A DNA stretch of 64,000 bases from positions 1,188 to 65,187 of the forward strand of contig CACXGV010000042.1 in the NCBI GenBank assembly GCA_902767375.1, written 5' to 3'. Shown piece after piece: positions 9,029 to 19,900 of the stretch (its first letter is position 1; each line of letters opens with the position of its first letter). The translations under genes were made by a program, and so were the position numbers. The stretch comes from an uncultured Erysipelotrichaceae bacterium (lineage in GTDB: Bacteria > Bacillota_I > Bacilli_A > RF39 > UBA660). Below the pieces are notes generated by a model. It saw only the letters and a program-made list of their open reading frames with translations. It was not told where the DNA came from and did no database searches.

Positions 9029-10246
9029 TTAATTATTTAATCCTTCTTCTATTCTTAATAATTCATTATATTTAGCTATTCTTTCTCCTCTAGATAGAGA
9101 TCCAGTTTTTATGAACCCTAAATTTAGTCCAACTGCCATTTGGGCAATAAATGTATCTTCTGTTTCGCCACTACGGTGAGAAATAATAGTTTTAAAATTA
9201 TTTTCTTTAGCAAGTTTGATTGTATCTAACATTTCAGATATAGTTCCTATTTGATTAGCTTTTAGAAGGATTGCGTTATTGTAATGTTCATTTATACCTT
9301 TTTGAAGATATTCAATATTAGTTACAAAATAGTCATCACCAACAAGCATTATCTTATCTCCAAGAATTGATGTTAGTTTCTTTATTGATTCGATGTCATC
9401 TTCGGCAAAGGCATCTTCAATTGATTTAATAGGGTATTTGTTTACTAATTCTACATAATAATTGATTAATTCATCTTTAGTTACTTTCTTTTTATTGATA
9501 GTATAATTTTCTCCATCATAGAATTCACTTGCTGCACAATCTACGGCGATGAATACGTCTTTGCCTGGTATATATCCAGCTTTTTCAATAGCTTTCATAA
9601 TATAATCAAAGGCTTCTTCTATACTTTTTAGATTTGGAGCAAAACCTCCTTCATCACCTACAGCGGTAGAATATCCGCTTTCTTTTAATAATTTTGCTAA
9701 ATTATGGAATACTTCTGCACCACATCTTAATCTTTCTTTAAATGTATCTTGATGAGGCATAATCATAAACTCTTGAATTTCTAAACCACTTGAGGCATGA
9801 ACTCCACCATTAACAATATTCATCATTGGATATGGTAAAGTATAAGGTCCATCAAATAATTCATATATTTGTTTTCCTTGAAGTAAGGCTTCTGCCTTCA
9901 TTATGCATAATGAAACACTTAAAATTGCATTAGCACCTAGTTTTGTTTTATTTTTAGTTCCATCTAATTCTAAAAGTAAGTTGTCTATTTCTCTTTGGTT
10001 GATTTCTTTACCAATTAGATTATCTCTAATAATTGTATTAACATTATTAACTGCTGTTTGAGTTCCTTTCCCCATATATCTTTCATCTTTATCACGAAGT
10101 TCTAGGGCTTCATTTGATCCGGTAGATGCTCCAGATGGAACAGAGGCTCTTACCATTTGCCCATTTTCTAAGAAAAGATCAGTTTCAACTGTAGGATTTC
10201 CTCTTGAATCTAATATTTCTCTTGATTTAATATTTTTTATTTTCAT
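9029..10246 (-). CDS. eno: Enolase (phosphopyruvate hydratase)
   Basis: The product starts MKIKNIKSREILDSRGNPTVE and contains GDEGGFAP, SHRSGETED and IKTG. The start is set at the ATG at 10246, which has the RBS AAAGGAGA. It is somewhat shorter than typical enolases. Confidence 0.93.
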   Translation of the reverse strand: MKIKNIKSREILDSRGNPTVETDLFLENGQMVRASVPSGASTGSNEALELRDKDERYMGKGTQTAVNNVNTIIRDNLIGKEINQREIDNLLLELDGTKNKTKLGANAILSVSLCIMKAEALLQGKQIYELFDGPYTLPYPMMNIVNGGVHASSGLEIQEFMIMPHQDTFKERLRCGAEVFHNLAKLLKESGYSTAVGDEGGFAPNLKSIEEAFDYIMKAIEKAGYIPGKDVFIAVDCAASEFYDGENYTINKKKVTKDELINYYVELVNKYPIKSIEDAFAEDDIESIKKLTSILGDKIMLVGDDYFVTNIEYLQKGINEHYNNAILLKANQIGTISEMLDTIKLAKENNFKTIISHRSGETEDTFIAQMAVGLNLGFIKTGSLSRGERIAKYNELLRIEEGLNN

Positions 10247-10329
10247 TTTTTCTCCTTTACTATACACTTTTATTATAATTTATTTGTAAATTTTTAACAA
10301 GTTTATTATAATAATATAGAGGTGTTCAT

Positions 10330-11583
10330 ATGAGGATAGTAGAACTAACAATTCAAGAATTTGATGATTATGCATCTAATAGTAATTTAATGAATTACTG
10401 TCAAACATCAAAATATGCTAAATTAATGGGTGAAAAAGGATTTAGTTATGATTATATCGGATATAGAGATGATAGTAATAATTTAGTGGCTGCATCTCTT
10501 ATACTAATTAAAAAGATTGGCGCCTTTAATAAGTTTGCATATGCTCCTAAAGGTTTTTTAATTGATTATTATAATAATGAATTACTTAGAATGTTTGTTA
10601 GAGATTTAAGTGCGCATTATAAAAAAAGAGGTTTTATCTTTATTAAAATAAATCCGGAAATAATTATTGGAGTTTTAAATCCAAAGAGAAATTTCTTACC
10701 AGATTATAATCAAAATGTTGGTATTATTGATAGTCTTAAGGATTTAGGATTTAAAAGAAGAAGAGAAATTAGACCTTTAGATTTTATTATGCCGAGAATA
10801 AATCCTTATATAGTTCTTAAAAATTTTGATATTCACAAAATGGATGAAAAATACCAAGAGATTATTAAAAATTGTGATAAACGTGGACTTATGGTAGAAC
10901 TTGCTACTAATAAAGACGTTCAAATTTTATATGATATTATTAAAGATAATACTTATGAGGATGTTAACTATTATCGTAACTTATTAAATATATTTAATGA
11001 TGGTGAATCTGAGTTATTATTACTAAAAGTTGACTATAATATTTGTTTAGCTAATGCTCAAAAGCAATATGAAAAGGAACTCGATAATAATAACTATTGG
11101 AATATGATGATACAAAGAGAAAGTTCTGAAAAGAATTTAGCAGAAAAGATGGCTTCTGATAGAAGAGTAAATACTTATAAAGAGGAAATGGTATCTGCCA
11201 CAGAACGTTTAAAAAGAGAAAAATATCAATATGTTGGTGGTGCTATTGTAATTAAGTATAAAAATCGAGTAAGCATTGTTGCTTGTGGATTTAATAAATA
11301 TGATTACTATTTGGCTCCTGGTTATTATTTATATAATGCTTTAATTGAAAGGTATAAGAATGATTTTGAATTTTTAGATTTATTTGGATTATCTAGTAAT
11401 TTTAATCCTGATTCTCCATATTATTCATTTAATGAAGAAAAACTTGCATTCAATCCAGTTTTATACGAATTTATTGGTGAGTTTGATTTGGTTTTAAATG
11501 AAAGTAAATTTAAAGCTATTCAGTCAAAAGGATTATTGTCAAAGGAATTCTATCCTGCATATAAATTTAATATTGAAGAATAA
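10330..11583 (+). CDS. FemAB-family peptidoglycan interpeptide-bridge aminoacyltransferase
   Basis: The 417-aa product has a FemABX-like layout: two GNAT-like halves separated by a coiled-coil insertion (QKQYEKELDNNNYW...ERLKREKYQ). The N-terminal QTSKYAKLMGEKGF also fits. Confidence 0.65.
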   Translation: MRIVELTIQEFDDYASNSNLMNYCQTSKYAKLMGEKGFSYDYIGYRDDSNNLVAASLILIKKIGAFNKFAYAPKGFLIDYYNNELLRMFVRDLSAHYKKRGFIFIKINPEIIIGVLNPKRNFLPDYNQNVGIIDSLKDLGFKRRREIRPLDFIMPRINPYIVLKNFDIHKMDEKYQEIIKNCDKRGLMVELATNKDVQILYDIIKDNTYEDVNYYRNLLNIFNDGESELLLLKVDYNICLANAQKQYEKELDNNNYWNMMIQRESSEKNLAEKMASDRRVNTYKEEMVSATERLKREKYQYVGGAIVIKYKNRVSIVACGFNKYDYYLAPGYYLYNALIERYKNDFEFLDLFGLSSNFNPDSPYYSFNEEKLAFNPVLYEFIGEFDLVLNESKFKAIQSKGLLSKEFYPAYKFNIEE

Positions 11584-11611
11584 AAAAATACATCTTATGA
11601 TGTATTTTTTT
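11582..11611. terminator. Bidirectional terminator between the convergent femAB-like and rbr genes
   Basis: The hairpin ATACATC-TTAT-GATGTAT is flanked by an A-run and a T-run. Confidence 0.7.
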
Positions 11612-12149
11612 AATAGTTCTCGGCTTTAAGTTCCATATAAGATTTTGGATGTTTGCATACTGGACACACTTCTAGGGCTTTTTCACCTACATAAACATGT
11701 CCGCAGTTACGGCAAATCCAAACTTTTTCTTCTCCCTTTTGGAATACTAAGTTGTTATCTATATTATCAATTAACTTTAAGAATCTTTCTTCATGATGCT
11801 TTTCAATTTGACCTACTTGTTCAAAAAGATAAGCGATTTGATTAAATCCTTCTTCTTTGGCAATGCGAGCAAATTCTTCATACATTTCAGTCCATTCATA
11901 GTTTTCGCCATTTGCTGCATCTTTTAAATTATCTATTGTTGATGGAACTTTCCCATCATGTAATTCTTTGAACCACATTTTAGCGTGTTCCTTTTCATTA
12001 GCAGCTGTTTCTTCAAAAATAGCTGCTATTTGTTCATATCCATCTTTTTTAGCTTGAGATGCATAATATGTGTATTTATTTCTTGCTTGGCTTTCACCAG
12101 CAAATGCTGTCATTAAATTCTTTTCTGTTTGACTTCCTTTTAATTCCAT
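11610..12149 (-). CDS. rbr: Rubrerythrin
   Basis: The ferritin-like diiron domain is marked by TEKNLMTAFAGESQARNKY and EKHH. The C-terminal rubredoxin is marked by CRNCGH...CPVCKHP. Confidence 0.9.
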   Translation of the reverse strand: MELKGSQTEKNLMTAFAGESQARNKYTYYASQAKKDGYEQIAAIFEETAANEKEHAKMWFKELHDGKVPSTIDNLKDAANGENYEWTEMYEEFARIAKEEGFNQIAYLFEQVGQIEKHHEERFLKLIDNIDNNLVFQKGEEKVWICRNCGHVYVGEKALEVCPVCKHPKSYMELKAENY

Positions 12150-12209
12150 TTTAGTACCTTCTTTCTAAGAAAATTATATCATTTTTAAATAAAAAAAGAC
12201 AACGTTAAG

Positions 12210-14018
12210 TTATCTATTTTCTCTAAAACGATCTTTTGGATCTAAAGTTTTTTTACGAAGTCTGATTACGGCTGGTGTTACTTCTACGTACTCATCATCA
12301 GCTATAAATTCTAATGCTTCTTCTAAGCTAAAGACCCTCGGTGGAACTAGATTAATAGCTTCATCTGATGATTTACTTCTAGTATTAGACATTTCTTTAT
12401 TTTTACATGGATTTACATTTAAATCATTATCTCTGTTATGAATTCCAACTATCATTCCAATATATACGTCTGTAGCAGGTCCTATGATTAGGGTTCCACG
12501 ATCTTGAAGATTGAATAAAGAATATCCTAAACTCTTACCGGTTTCCATACTTACTAGAACCCCATTTTTTCTAGATTGAATTGGACCAGCATAAGGTTCA
12601 TATCCTCTAAAGCTTCTTACCATAATTCCTTCACCCTTAGTATCAGTGATAAAGGCACTACGATATCCAATTAAACCTCTAGTAGGGGCAGCAAATTCCA
12701 AGTGAGTATAATTATCTTCAGTTTCCATTTTAAGAAGGACTGCTTTTCTTTCTTGTAAAGCATTAATTACAGTACTAGCATAATCATTTGGTGTATTAAC
12801 AATAACTGTTTCAAATGGTTCGCTTTTAACACCGTCTACTTCTTTAAATAATACTTCTGGTTTACTTACACATAGTTCGTAGCCTTCTCTACGCATATTT
12901 TCAAGTAAAATAGATAGATGTAATTCTCCTCTACCACTAACCTTAAATCCATCAGAGCCAGGTAGTTCTTCTACTTCTAGACCTACATTAGTTTCTAATT
13001 CTCTTTCTAATCTTTCTTTAATATGTCTTGTAGTTAAGAATTTTCCACTTTGTCCGGCAAATGGCCCGTTATTTACTAGGAAATTCATGCTTAGGGTTGG
13101 TTTTTCAATTTCAATTGGAGGAAGTGGATCAATTACATTTAATTCACAAATTGTATCTCCAATAGATATATCTGAGCATCCGGCAATTGTTACAATATCA
13201 CCATATAATGCTTCATTTTTTTCAACCCTTTTAATTCCTTCATTTACGAAAAGTTTAGTTATTTTGAATGTTTCTACTTTTCCATCATTTTTAACTAGAG
13301 TTACTTGTTCTCCAGATTTAATTTTTCCTTTTGTAATACGACCAATTCCTAAACGTCCAATATATTCATCATATGCTAAATTAGATATTTGAAGTTGTAA
13401 ATTATCACTTTCTGATCCGGCAAATGGTTCACATTGTTTTAAGATAGTCTCAAGTAAAGGTTCTATAGTTGTACTTTCATCTTCTAAGGAATATTTAGCG
13501 ATTCCATCACGGGCTGTTCCATATATAATAGGAAAATCTAATTGTTCATCAGTAGCATTTAATTCACAGAATAAATCAAAGGTCATATCAACTACTTCTT
13601 GAGGTCTTGCATCCTTCTTATCTATTTTATTTATAAATAGAATTGGTCTTAAGTTATGTTCTAATGCTTTCTTTAAAACAAATCTAGTTTGAGGCATAGG
13701 ACCTTCTGCTGAGTCAACTAAAAGAATAACTGTGTCAACAGTTTTAATTACACGTTCAACTTCTGATGAAAAATCAGCATGACCTGGAGTATCTACAATA
13801 TTAATTTTATAATCTTTGTATCTAATGGCACAGTTTTTAGAATAAATTGTTATTCCTCTTTCTCTTTCAATTGCATCACTATCCATAACACAGTCTATTA
13901 CTTCATCACGTTCATTAAATACGCCATTTTGTTCAAGTAAAGCGTCAACTAAAGTACTTTTACCTGCATCTACATGAGCAACAACTGCTATATTAATAAT
14001 TTTTTCCACTTTGACCAA
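12210..14018 (-). CDS. typA: Translational GTPase TypA/BipA
   Basis: The G-motifs AHVDAGKST, DTPGHADF and NKID are present. At 602 aa it has an EF-G-like architecture. Confidence 0.92.
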   Translation of the reverse strand: MVKVEKIINIAVVAHVDAGKSTLVDALLEQNGVFNERDEVIDCVMDSDAIERERGITIYSKNCAIRYKDYKINIVDTPGHADFSSEVERVIKTVDTVILLVDSAEGPMPQTRFVLKKALEHNLRPILFINKIDKKDARPQEVVDMTFDLFCELNATDEQLDFPIIYGTARDGIAKYSLEDESTTIEPLLETILKQCEPFAGSESDNLQLQISNLAYDEYIGRLGIGRITKGKIKSGEQVTLVKNDGKVETFKITKLFVNEGIKRVEKNEALYGDIVTIAGCSDISIGDTICELNVIDPLPPIEIEKPTLSMNFLVNNGPFAGQSGKFLTTRHIKERLERELETNVGLEVEELPGSDGFKVSGRGELHLSILLENMRREGYELCVSKPEVLFKEVDGVKSEPFETVIVNTPNDYASTVINALQERKAVLLKMETEDNYTHLEFAAPTRGLIGYRSAFITDTKGEGIMVRSFRGYEPYAGPIQSRKNGVLVSMETGKSLGYSLFNLQDRGTLIIGPATDVYIGMIVGIHNRDNDLNVNPCKNKEMSNTRSKSSDEAINLVPPRVFSLEEALEFIADDEYVEVTPAVIRLRKKTLDPKDRFRENR

Positions 14019-14119
14019 CTTCTTTCAAAACTCATAAAATAATACAACATTTAAATACTTTTTGCAAGAAGTTATGTTATTTTTGATAATAACTTGGTAT
14101 AATTTTAATGGTGAATAGT

Positions 14120-16639
14120 ATGAAATCTTTATTAAAAAAGTGGTTATATTATGTTTTACCACTAGTTTTGGGTATTATAATTATTAGTGCGGTGTATGCT
14201 TTACAAGATGTAGCACCTTTGGGGAAAAATTCTTTATTAACAATTGATTTTTTTCATCAATATGGTCCAATGCTTGCTGAACTTAGACGTAGAGTTTTAA
14301 ATGGAACATCATTAATATATTCTTTTAATATGGGAATGGGACTACCTTTCTTTAGAAATTTCTTTAATTACTTATCTAGTCCAATTAATATTTTATTAGT
14401 TTTATTTAAACACAAGGATATTTTAATGTCATATTCTGTTATTATTGGATTAAAAGCTGCTTTATCTGCATTAACTATGAGTATTTTTTTGAGAAAGAAA
14501 GTTGGTAAAAATTATGCTTTTGTAGCTCTATCATTATTATATGCGTTTAGTGCTTACTTTACAGCTTATTATTGGAATATAATGTGGTTAGATGGTATGG
14601 TTATGCTACCACTTATAGCCTTAGGAATTGATAAATTAGTTAAAGAAAACAAAATTTTATTCTATGTTATTAGCTTAGCTGTAATGCTGTTTACAAATTA
14701 TTTTATTGGGTATATGCTTTGTATTTTTAGTGTTTTATACTTTATTATTTCGATGGTTACAGAAAATAGAAACTATAAGATTAAATCTATTTTAAAAAAG
14801 GGATTATCTTTTGGTGGAGCTTCACTTCTAGCTGGAGGATTATGTGCACTCTTTTTAATTCCTCTTTTTATGGGAATAAAAGATATTAGTGCTACTGGAG
14901 ATGTTTTTCCAACTAGCCAGTATTATGCATTTTCTTTTAAAGAATTCTTTTTTAATCATTTTAGTGGAGTTGGTAGCACTGTTTTAAAGTCAGGAATAAC
15001 TACTGCGCCAAATATTTCTATTGGAGTTATTTCTATTCCATTATTACTATTATTTATTATTAATCCTAAGATTAAAGTTACAATTAAGGCCTCATATTTA
15101 TTATTTCTTTTATTTTTAATAATATCTTTTAGATGGGCACCTCTTGATTTCATTTGGCATGCCTTTCATGTTCCAAATGATTTGCCTTATAGATATTCAT
15201 TTATATATAGTTTTGTTTTAACTCTTGTTTGTGCTTATAGTATTAAAAATATAAAAAATATTAAACCTTTATTTGTTGGTATTAGCTTTGTTTTAACTCT
15301 TGTTTTAATAACACTTATGAAAACTATGGAATTTGCAAATATTAATAATGATATGCTGATTGTTAATTATATTATTATTACAATCTTCTATCTATGTTAT
15401 CTTTTATATTTCTATTTTAGAAATTGGAATAGATGGTCTATTTGTTTTATGATTATTGCTACTTCATTGGAATGCGTTATGGCAATTAATAATAACTGGA
15501 TGATAGATCAAAATATAGAAGGATTTTATAGCGATTATAATCAAATTACAGATAATTTAGAATTTATTAAAAATCAAGATAATGGTTTCTTTAGAACTGA
15601 AAAATTATCAATGCTTACTTTTAATGACCCATCATGGTATGGCTATAATGGTCAAGTAACATTTAGTTCAATGGAATATGAAAATATGGCTATCTTGCAG
15701 CATAATTTAGGAATGCCTAGCAATGAAATAAATAGTTATTATTATAAAGATACAACGCCTGTATATAATATGATGTTTGATATGAAATATCTTCTAGGTG
15801 ATTCTCTAGATACAACTAATTATACCCAAATTAAAGATCATGTATATAAATTTAATAATTCTGTAGGATTAATGTTCGGAGTTAATGATGATGTAAAATT
15901 ATGGAAAACTACATATACTAATCCGATAAGCAATCAAAATGAATTTATTAGAAGAAGTACTAATATTGATATGATTTTTGATAGAATTGATGATTTTTCT
16001 AAGGAAGTTGTTCTTAAGAATGATTTACATACTATTGTAAAATATACGATACCGAATTTTAATGATAACTATTATATAGTTTATCCTGATAATGCTGGTT
16101 ATGATTTTATATTTACTAATGGTAATTTATATTATGATGGTGATGATTATAAGTATGCCGAAGATTTTGAAGGATTTCATATTTATTCTTATTCAGATTG
16201 CAATGAAAAATATATAATTAGTGAAAAAACTAGTCAAAAATATATTACTGTCTTTGTTGGCTATAGTTTTGAGGTTGATAATTCATTCTCTATATATAAA
16301 CTAAATACGGATAAATTTAATACGGTCTATGATATGTTTATTAAAAACAAAGTAGATCTTGTAGAATTTAAAGAGCATTATATTAAGGCTAAAAGCAATC
16401 TTGACAAAGATATGCTTATTTATACATCTATTCCTTATGATTTAGGATGGAAGGTGTATGTAGATGGTAAAGAAACTAATACTTATTCCATTGGGAATGC
16501 ACTTCTAGGATACGATATGCCTAAGGGAGACCATGTAATAGAATTGGTTTATAAGATTCCTTATTTTAAACTAGGTCTTGGAATATCTCTTACATCACTT
16601 GGATTATTAGTCATTTGGCAAATATTAAAAAAAGATTAA
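14120..16639 (+). CDS. YfhO-family polytopic membrane protein (putative glycosyltransferase)
   Basis: About 840 aa, with many N-terminal TM helices and the early DFFHQYGP motif, then a large extracytoplasmic C-domain and a terminal TM. The tracked ORF starts at 14108, but the ATG at 14120 has the better GGTGA RBS. Confidence 0.7.
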   Translation: MKSLLKKWLYYVLPLVLGIIIISAVYALQDVAPLGKNSLLTIDFFHQYGPMLAELRRRVLNGTSLIYSFNMGMGLPFFRNFFNYLSSPINILLVLFKHKDILMSYSVIIGLKAALSALTMSIFLRKKVGKNYAFVALSLLYAFSAYFTAYYWNIMWLDGMVMLPLIALGIDKLVKENKILFYVISLAVMLFTNYFIGYMLCIFSVLYFIISMVTENRNYKIKSILKKGLSFGGASLLAGGLCALFLIPLFMGIKDISATGDVFPTSQYYAFSFKEFFFNHFSGVGSTVLKSGITTAPNISIGVISIPLLLLFIINPKIKVTIKASYLLFLLFLIISFRWAPLDFIWHAFHVPNDLPYRYSFIYSFVLTLVCAYSIKNIKNIKPLFVGISFVLTLVLITLMKTMEFANINNDMLIVNYIIITIFYLCYLLYFYFRNWNRWSICFMIIATSLECVMAINNNWMIDQNIEGFYSDYNQITDNLEFIKNQDNGFFRTEKLSMLTFNDPSWYGYNGQVTFSSMEYENMAILQHNLGMPSNEINSYYYKDTTPVYNMMFDMKYLLGDSLDTTNYTQIKDHVYKFNNSVGLMFGVNDDVKLWKTTYTNPISNQNEFIRRSTNIDMIFDRIDDFSKEVVLKNDLHTIVKYTIPNFNDNYYIVYPDNAGYDFIFTNGNLYYDGDDYKYAEDFEGFHIYSYSDCNEKYIISEKTSQKYITVFVGYSFEVDNSFSIYKLNTDKFNTVYDMFIKNKVDLVEFKEHYIKAKSNLDKDMLIYTSIPYDLGWKVYVDGKETNTYSIGNALLGYDMPKGDHVIELVYKIPYFKLGLGISLTSLGLLVIWQILKKD

Positions 16640-16646
16640 TATTAAA

Positions 16647-17576
16647 TTAATCTTTTTCTTTTGCAAAGTTTTTCTTAATGTTTTTACTTGGCATCATAAT
16701 TTTGACATTTTTATTAATTGATATGTCATATTTCAATACTGCCCTGTCTAATTGTTCTCCATCTACACACCATGCTTTATGAGGATAATCATAGAATTTA
16801 ACTTCTATATGATTGGTTTTATAAAATTCAATGCCTGATACTTTTGAAGCATCCATTGTTAAAAGAAGAGCAAAAGTTCTTATAATATCTACACGGCGTT
16901 TAAAATTACAAAATATTACTTCAAATTTATCATCATCTAGTTTGACATCACGATAGAAGTTATTAATTCCAGCAATTCTGTTAGCATTTGATATTAGCAT
17001 AAAAGAGTAATATCCGGTTTTTTCTATATCTCCTATTTTATAAGTTATTTTGTGCATTTTAGTTGGCATAAAGAAATCTTTGGCACCTTCAATTAAATAG
17101 GCCATATGCCCAAGTTTTTTCTTTAATTTTCGTGGTGTTTGATAAGGAATATGCATGAATTTGCCAAATCCTGCTACATATACAAATGGTCTTCCATTTA
17201 TATTTCCAATGTCCATACCTCTAATTTCTCCGTTTAGAAGTAATCTTAAATTTTTCATTATATCTTTTTCATAGCCAAACATGACTCCTACATCATTTGT
17301 AGTTCCAACGGGGATATGCGCTAATACAAGTCTCTTTTTACGCTCTAAATTCCCAGTCATAACCTCATTAAATGTACCATCTCCACCCATAGATATAACT
17401 AAATCTGTATTGCTATCTAAATGGCTAACAATTTCCTTGGCATGGCCATGATATTCTGTTCCAATGAACTTAACGTTATATTTATGCTTGTTTAAGATAT
17501 TTTTATATTCTTTAAGATATTTAGCTTTGAAAATGTGCCCAGAATTCGGATTATATATAACTACACAATTTTTCAT
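16647..17576 (-). CDS. Diacylglycerol/lipid kinase (DagK/YegS family)
   Basis: NPNSG and the MGGDGTFNEV catalytic-domain motifs are present. The start is set at the ATG at 17576 (MKNCVVIYNPNSG). Confidence 0.85.
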   Translation of the reverse strand: MKNCVVIYNPNSGHIFKAKYLKEYKNILNKHKYNVKFIGTEYHGHAKEIVSHLDSNTDLVISMGGDGTFNEVMTGNLERKKRLVLAHIPVGTTNDVGVMFGYEKDIMKNLRLLLNGEIRGMDIGNINGRPFVYVAGFGKFMHIPYQTPRKLKKKLGHMAYLIEGAKDFFMPTKMHKITYKIGDIEKTGYYSFMLISNANRIAGINNFYRDVKLDDDKFEVIFCNFKRRVDIIRTFALLLTMDASKVSGIEFYKTNHIEVKFYDYPHKAWCVDGEQLDRAVLKYDISINKNVKIMMPSKNIKKNFAKEKD

Positions 17577-17623
17577 TAAATCACCGCCATTATTATACAT
17601 TTCTATATTTTATGTGTCAATTT

Positions 17624-17663
17624 AAAAAAATAGAAAATAAAGCTCAAACTTTAAGTTTGAGCT
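17624..17663 (-). terminator. Terminator downstream of tRNA-Cys
   Basis: The hairpin AGCTCAAAC-TTTAA-GTTTGAGCT is followed on the minus strand by a T-rich tail. Confidence 0.7.
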
Positions 17664-17674
17664 CTGTGCACTAT

Positions 17675-17749
17675 TGGAGGTGCCGGCCGGATTTGAACCG
17701 GCGATCAGGGTGTTGCAGACCCACGCCTTAGCCACTTGGCTACGGCACC
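17675..17749 (-). tRNA. tRNA-Cys (anticodon GCA)
   Basis: The reverse complement is GGTGCCGTAGCCAAGTGGCTAAGGCGTGGGTCTGCAACACCCTGATCGCCGGTTCAAATCCGGCCGGCACCTCCA. It folds as a cloverleaf with anticodon loop CTGCAAC, a GTTCAAATC T-loop and an encoded CCA. Confidence 0.9.
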
Positions 17750-17770
17750 AAATTCATTTGTACTCTTAAT

Positions 17771-17799
17771 ATTCTACACTACTAGGAGTTCTTTGTCAA
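17771..17799 (-). promoter_or_regulatory. Sigma-A-type promoter for tRNA-Cys
   Basis: On the minus strand TTGACA is followed by a 17-nt spacer and TAGAAT. The motif ends about 20 nt upstream of the mature tRNA 5' end. Confidence 0.6.
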
Positions 17800-17869
17800 T
17801 TATTGTATATAAATTAATTAATTTAAATTGTCTATATAATTATATGAAAAAAACTCATAATAATGAGTT

Positions 17870-19465
17870 TTAAAATCCAATAGTATAGTACTCTCCTCTT
17901 GTTGATATAACAAGTTTAGTATTCTTATCTTTTTTAATAGTTTTAGATACATCGGCAAATATATATCCTTTAATTTTTGAATTCTCTGTTGTTTCAATAT
18001 CGGTTATAAACGTTGTCTCTCCACTAGTAAATGATACTTTTAGGAATCTATTAAAGAAATTCTTGGCACTATCTCCTACTGCACGATATATTTGAGATTT
18101 TTTATCTATATTTAGTTCATATTCTATTGATAATAAATTGTTAGTATTTTGTTTTAATGGCAACTGAACATCATATATTTTAATACAGTTTTCATTGTTG
18201 TTATCACATGAATCATAACTATATTCATGTGAGTTAGATAAAGTTACGCTTTTAATGGTTAAAGTTGTTGAGCCAAATATCGATTTATTAAAAGTTATTG
18301 GTTCATTTAGTTTTTTTTCAGCTTGGGTTAATTCATAATCGATATTTTGTGGGATGAAATCAAAGTCTTTAAATTTATATGTTTCATTACCATTTTTATC
18401 GTATTTAATTTGATCAAATACTTTTAGAGTATAACTACCTCTAGTATTTTTATCTACTTCAAAAATAAATATGTAATCGCCACCATTAGTAGTTATTTTG
18501 TCGCCGGCATAACTATTACCTATGTCACGGAATGAATCTGAAAAAGATGATTTATAATTCATTACTTTTCCACTTTTAGTTACATAGAATTTTGCTTGTT
18601 CGATGAAACCACCATCTGTGTAGTTACTAGTAATATTCATATCTAATATTAGATATTCTTTATCTGATTTGATTTTTTGACCTGCTATGTCGTATGAACT
18701 AACATAAACATTTTTTAAAGTATAATTAAATGCATCTGTTTTTAGAGTACTGCCGATACTGTAGCGACGATTTAAGAGCGTTACATTTAGTAATACAACA
18801 ATTGCAGTTACACCAACTACAACACCTGCAATTATTGAAATAAAGAATTTATTTTCGATTACATAATATTTAAACTCTCTTATTGCTCTTCTTAGTTTTC
18901 TTTTCCATTTAAATGAATCATTACCAAGAACAAATTCAAATTCCTCATTATCTTCACTTTTGATTTCAAGTTCTTCTAAGTCTTTACTAAAGTTAAATTT
19001 TTTTACATCAAATCCAACTGATCTTATCGCACTTGCAATAATAAAGTAAAAGTTAATAACGAACATTATGGTGAAAATATCATTGTAGGCTAGGGCGGTT
19101 CGTTCGTCCATAGTTCCATATTCTAATTTTTTTATAACATTATATGAAACTATTTGAGCGATGAAGGTTAAACTATAAAATCCTGTACTTAATAAATAAA
19201 ATAAACTAGGCTTCTTTTTTTGTTTCATTAATAAATACATTAATATTGAAAATATAATGACAATTACAACCGCAATGAACATTGTAATTGGGACATAATT
19301 TCCAGCTGCTACTTCTCCAACAAAATTTGTTGTTGAGTTGTAGTTGCTAAAGAAACTTAGTATTTTTTGAAATCCAACAGTGATATAGATAATAATTAAT
19401 AATAATGCTAAGTGAATATTTTTGAAATGTTTAATTAGAAAAGCGTATGGTTTCTTTAAGATCAT
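17870..19465 (-). CDS. Hypothetical polytopic membrane protein with a large extracytoplasmic C-terminal domain
   Basis: The 531-aa product has four N-terminal TM helices, a charged loop, a fifth TM (FFISIIAGVVVGVTAIVVLL), and then about 300 aa of beta-rich sequence. I recognise no family. Confidence 0.4.
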   Translation of the reverse strand: MILKKPYAFLIKHFKNIHLALLLIIIYITVGFQKILSFFSNYNSTTNFVGEVAAGNYVPITMFIAVVIVIIFSILMYLLMKQKKKPSLFYLLSTGFYSLTFIAQIVSYNVIKKLEYGTMDERTALAYNDIFTIMFVINFYFIIASAIRSVGFDVKKFNFSKDLEELEIKSEDNEEFEFVLGNDSFKWKRKLRRAIREFKYYVIENKFFISIIAGVVVGVTAIVVLLNVTLLNRRYSIGSTLKTDAFNYTLKNVYVSSYDIAGQKIKSDKEYLILDMNITSNYTDGGFIEQAKFYVTKSGKVMNYKSSFSDSFRDIGNSYAGDKITTNGGDYIFIFEVDKNTRGSYTLKVFDQIKYDKNGNETYKFKDFDFIPQNIDYELTQAEKKLNEPITFNKSIFGSTTLTIKSVTLSNSHEYSYDSCDNNNENCIKIYDVQLPLKQNTNNLLSIEYELNIDKKSQIYRAVGDSAKNFFNRFLKVSFTSGETTFITDIETTENSKIKGYIFADVSKTIKKDKNTKLVISTRGEYYTIGF

Positions 19466-19530
19466 CTTATCACCCTCTATTCTATTATTATTATATCATA
19501 GTTTAAAATAAAAAAATAAAATAAACTATT

Positions 19531-19866
19531 TTAGCTTATTTTATTTACGATTAATTGTCCTTCTTGAAGATATATTGTAGGATTTTGTTTTACTATAGAC
19601 ATATTATCTGTTTGAAAAGTATCCGATACTAAATTTAGGGTATCTCCTTCTTTGGTAATATAGTATGAATATCCTTTATTGGGAAATATTAATACTTGAT
19701 CTGGATATATATAATCATTTGGATTTATTCCATTCAAGGCTGCTAATAGCTTTAAGCTTACATTATTATCCTTTGCGATCGCCCACAAACTATCTCCTTT
19801 TTTGACAGTATAATAATTGAAACTTTGATTATCATCTTCATTAAATAAATCAATCATTTGAATCAC
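19531..19866 (-). CDS. Small protein with two LysM domains
   Basis: The first LysM repeat is YTVKKGDSLWAIAKDNNVSLKLLAALNGI...DQVLIFP. The second is YYITKEGDTLNLVSDTF...LQEGQLIV. There is no signal peptide. Confidence 0.75.
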   Translation of the reverse strand: MIQMIDLFNEDDNQSFNYYTVKKGDSLWAIAKDNNVSLKLLAALNGINPNDYIYPDQVLIFPNKGYSYYITKEGDTLNLVSDTFQTDNMSIVKQNPTIYLQEGQLIVNKIS

Positions 19867-19900
19867 TCCTATTTTAGGATATTCATATTATTTAAAAATG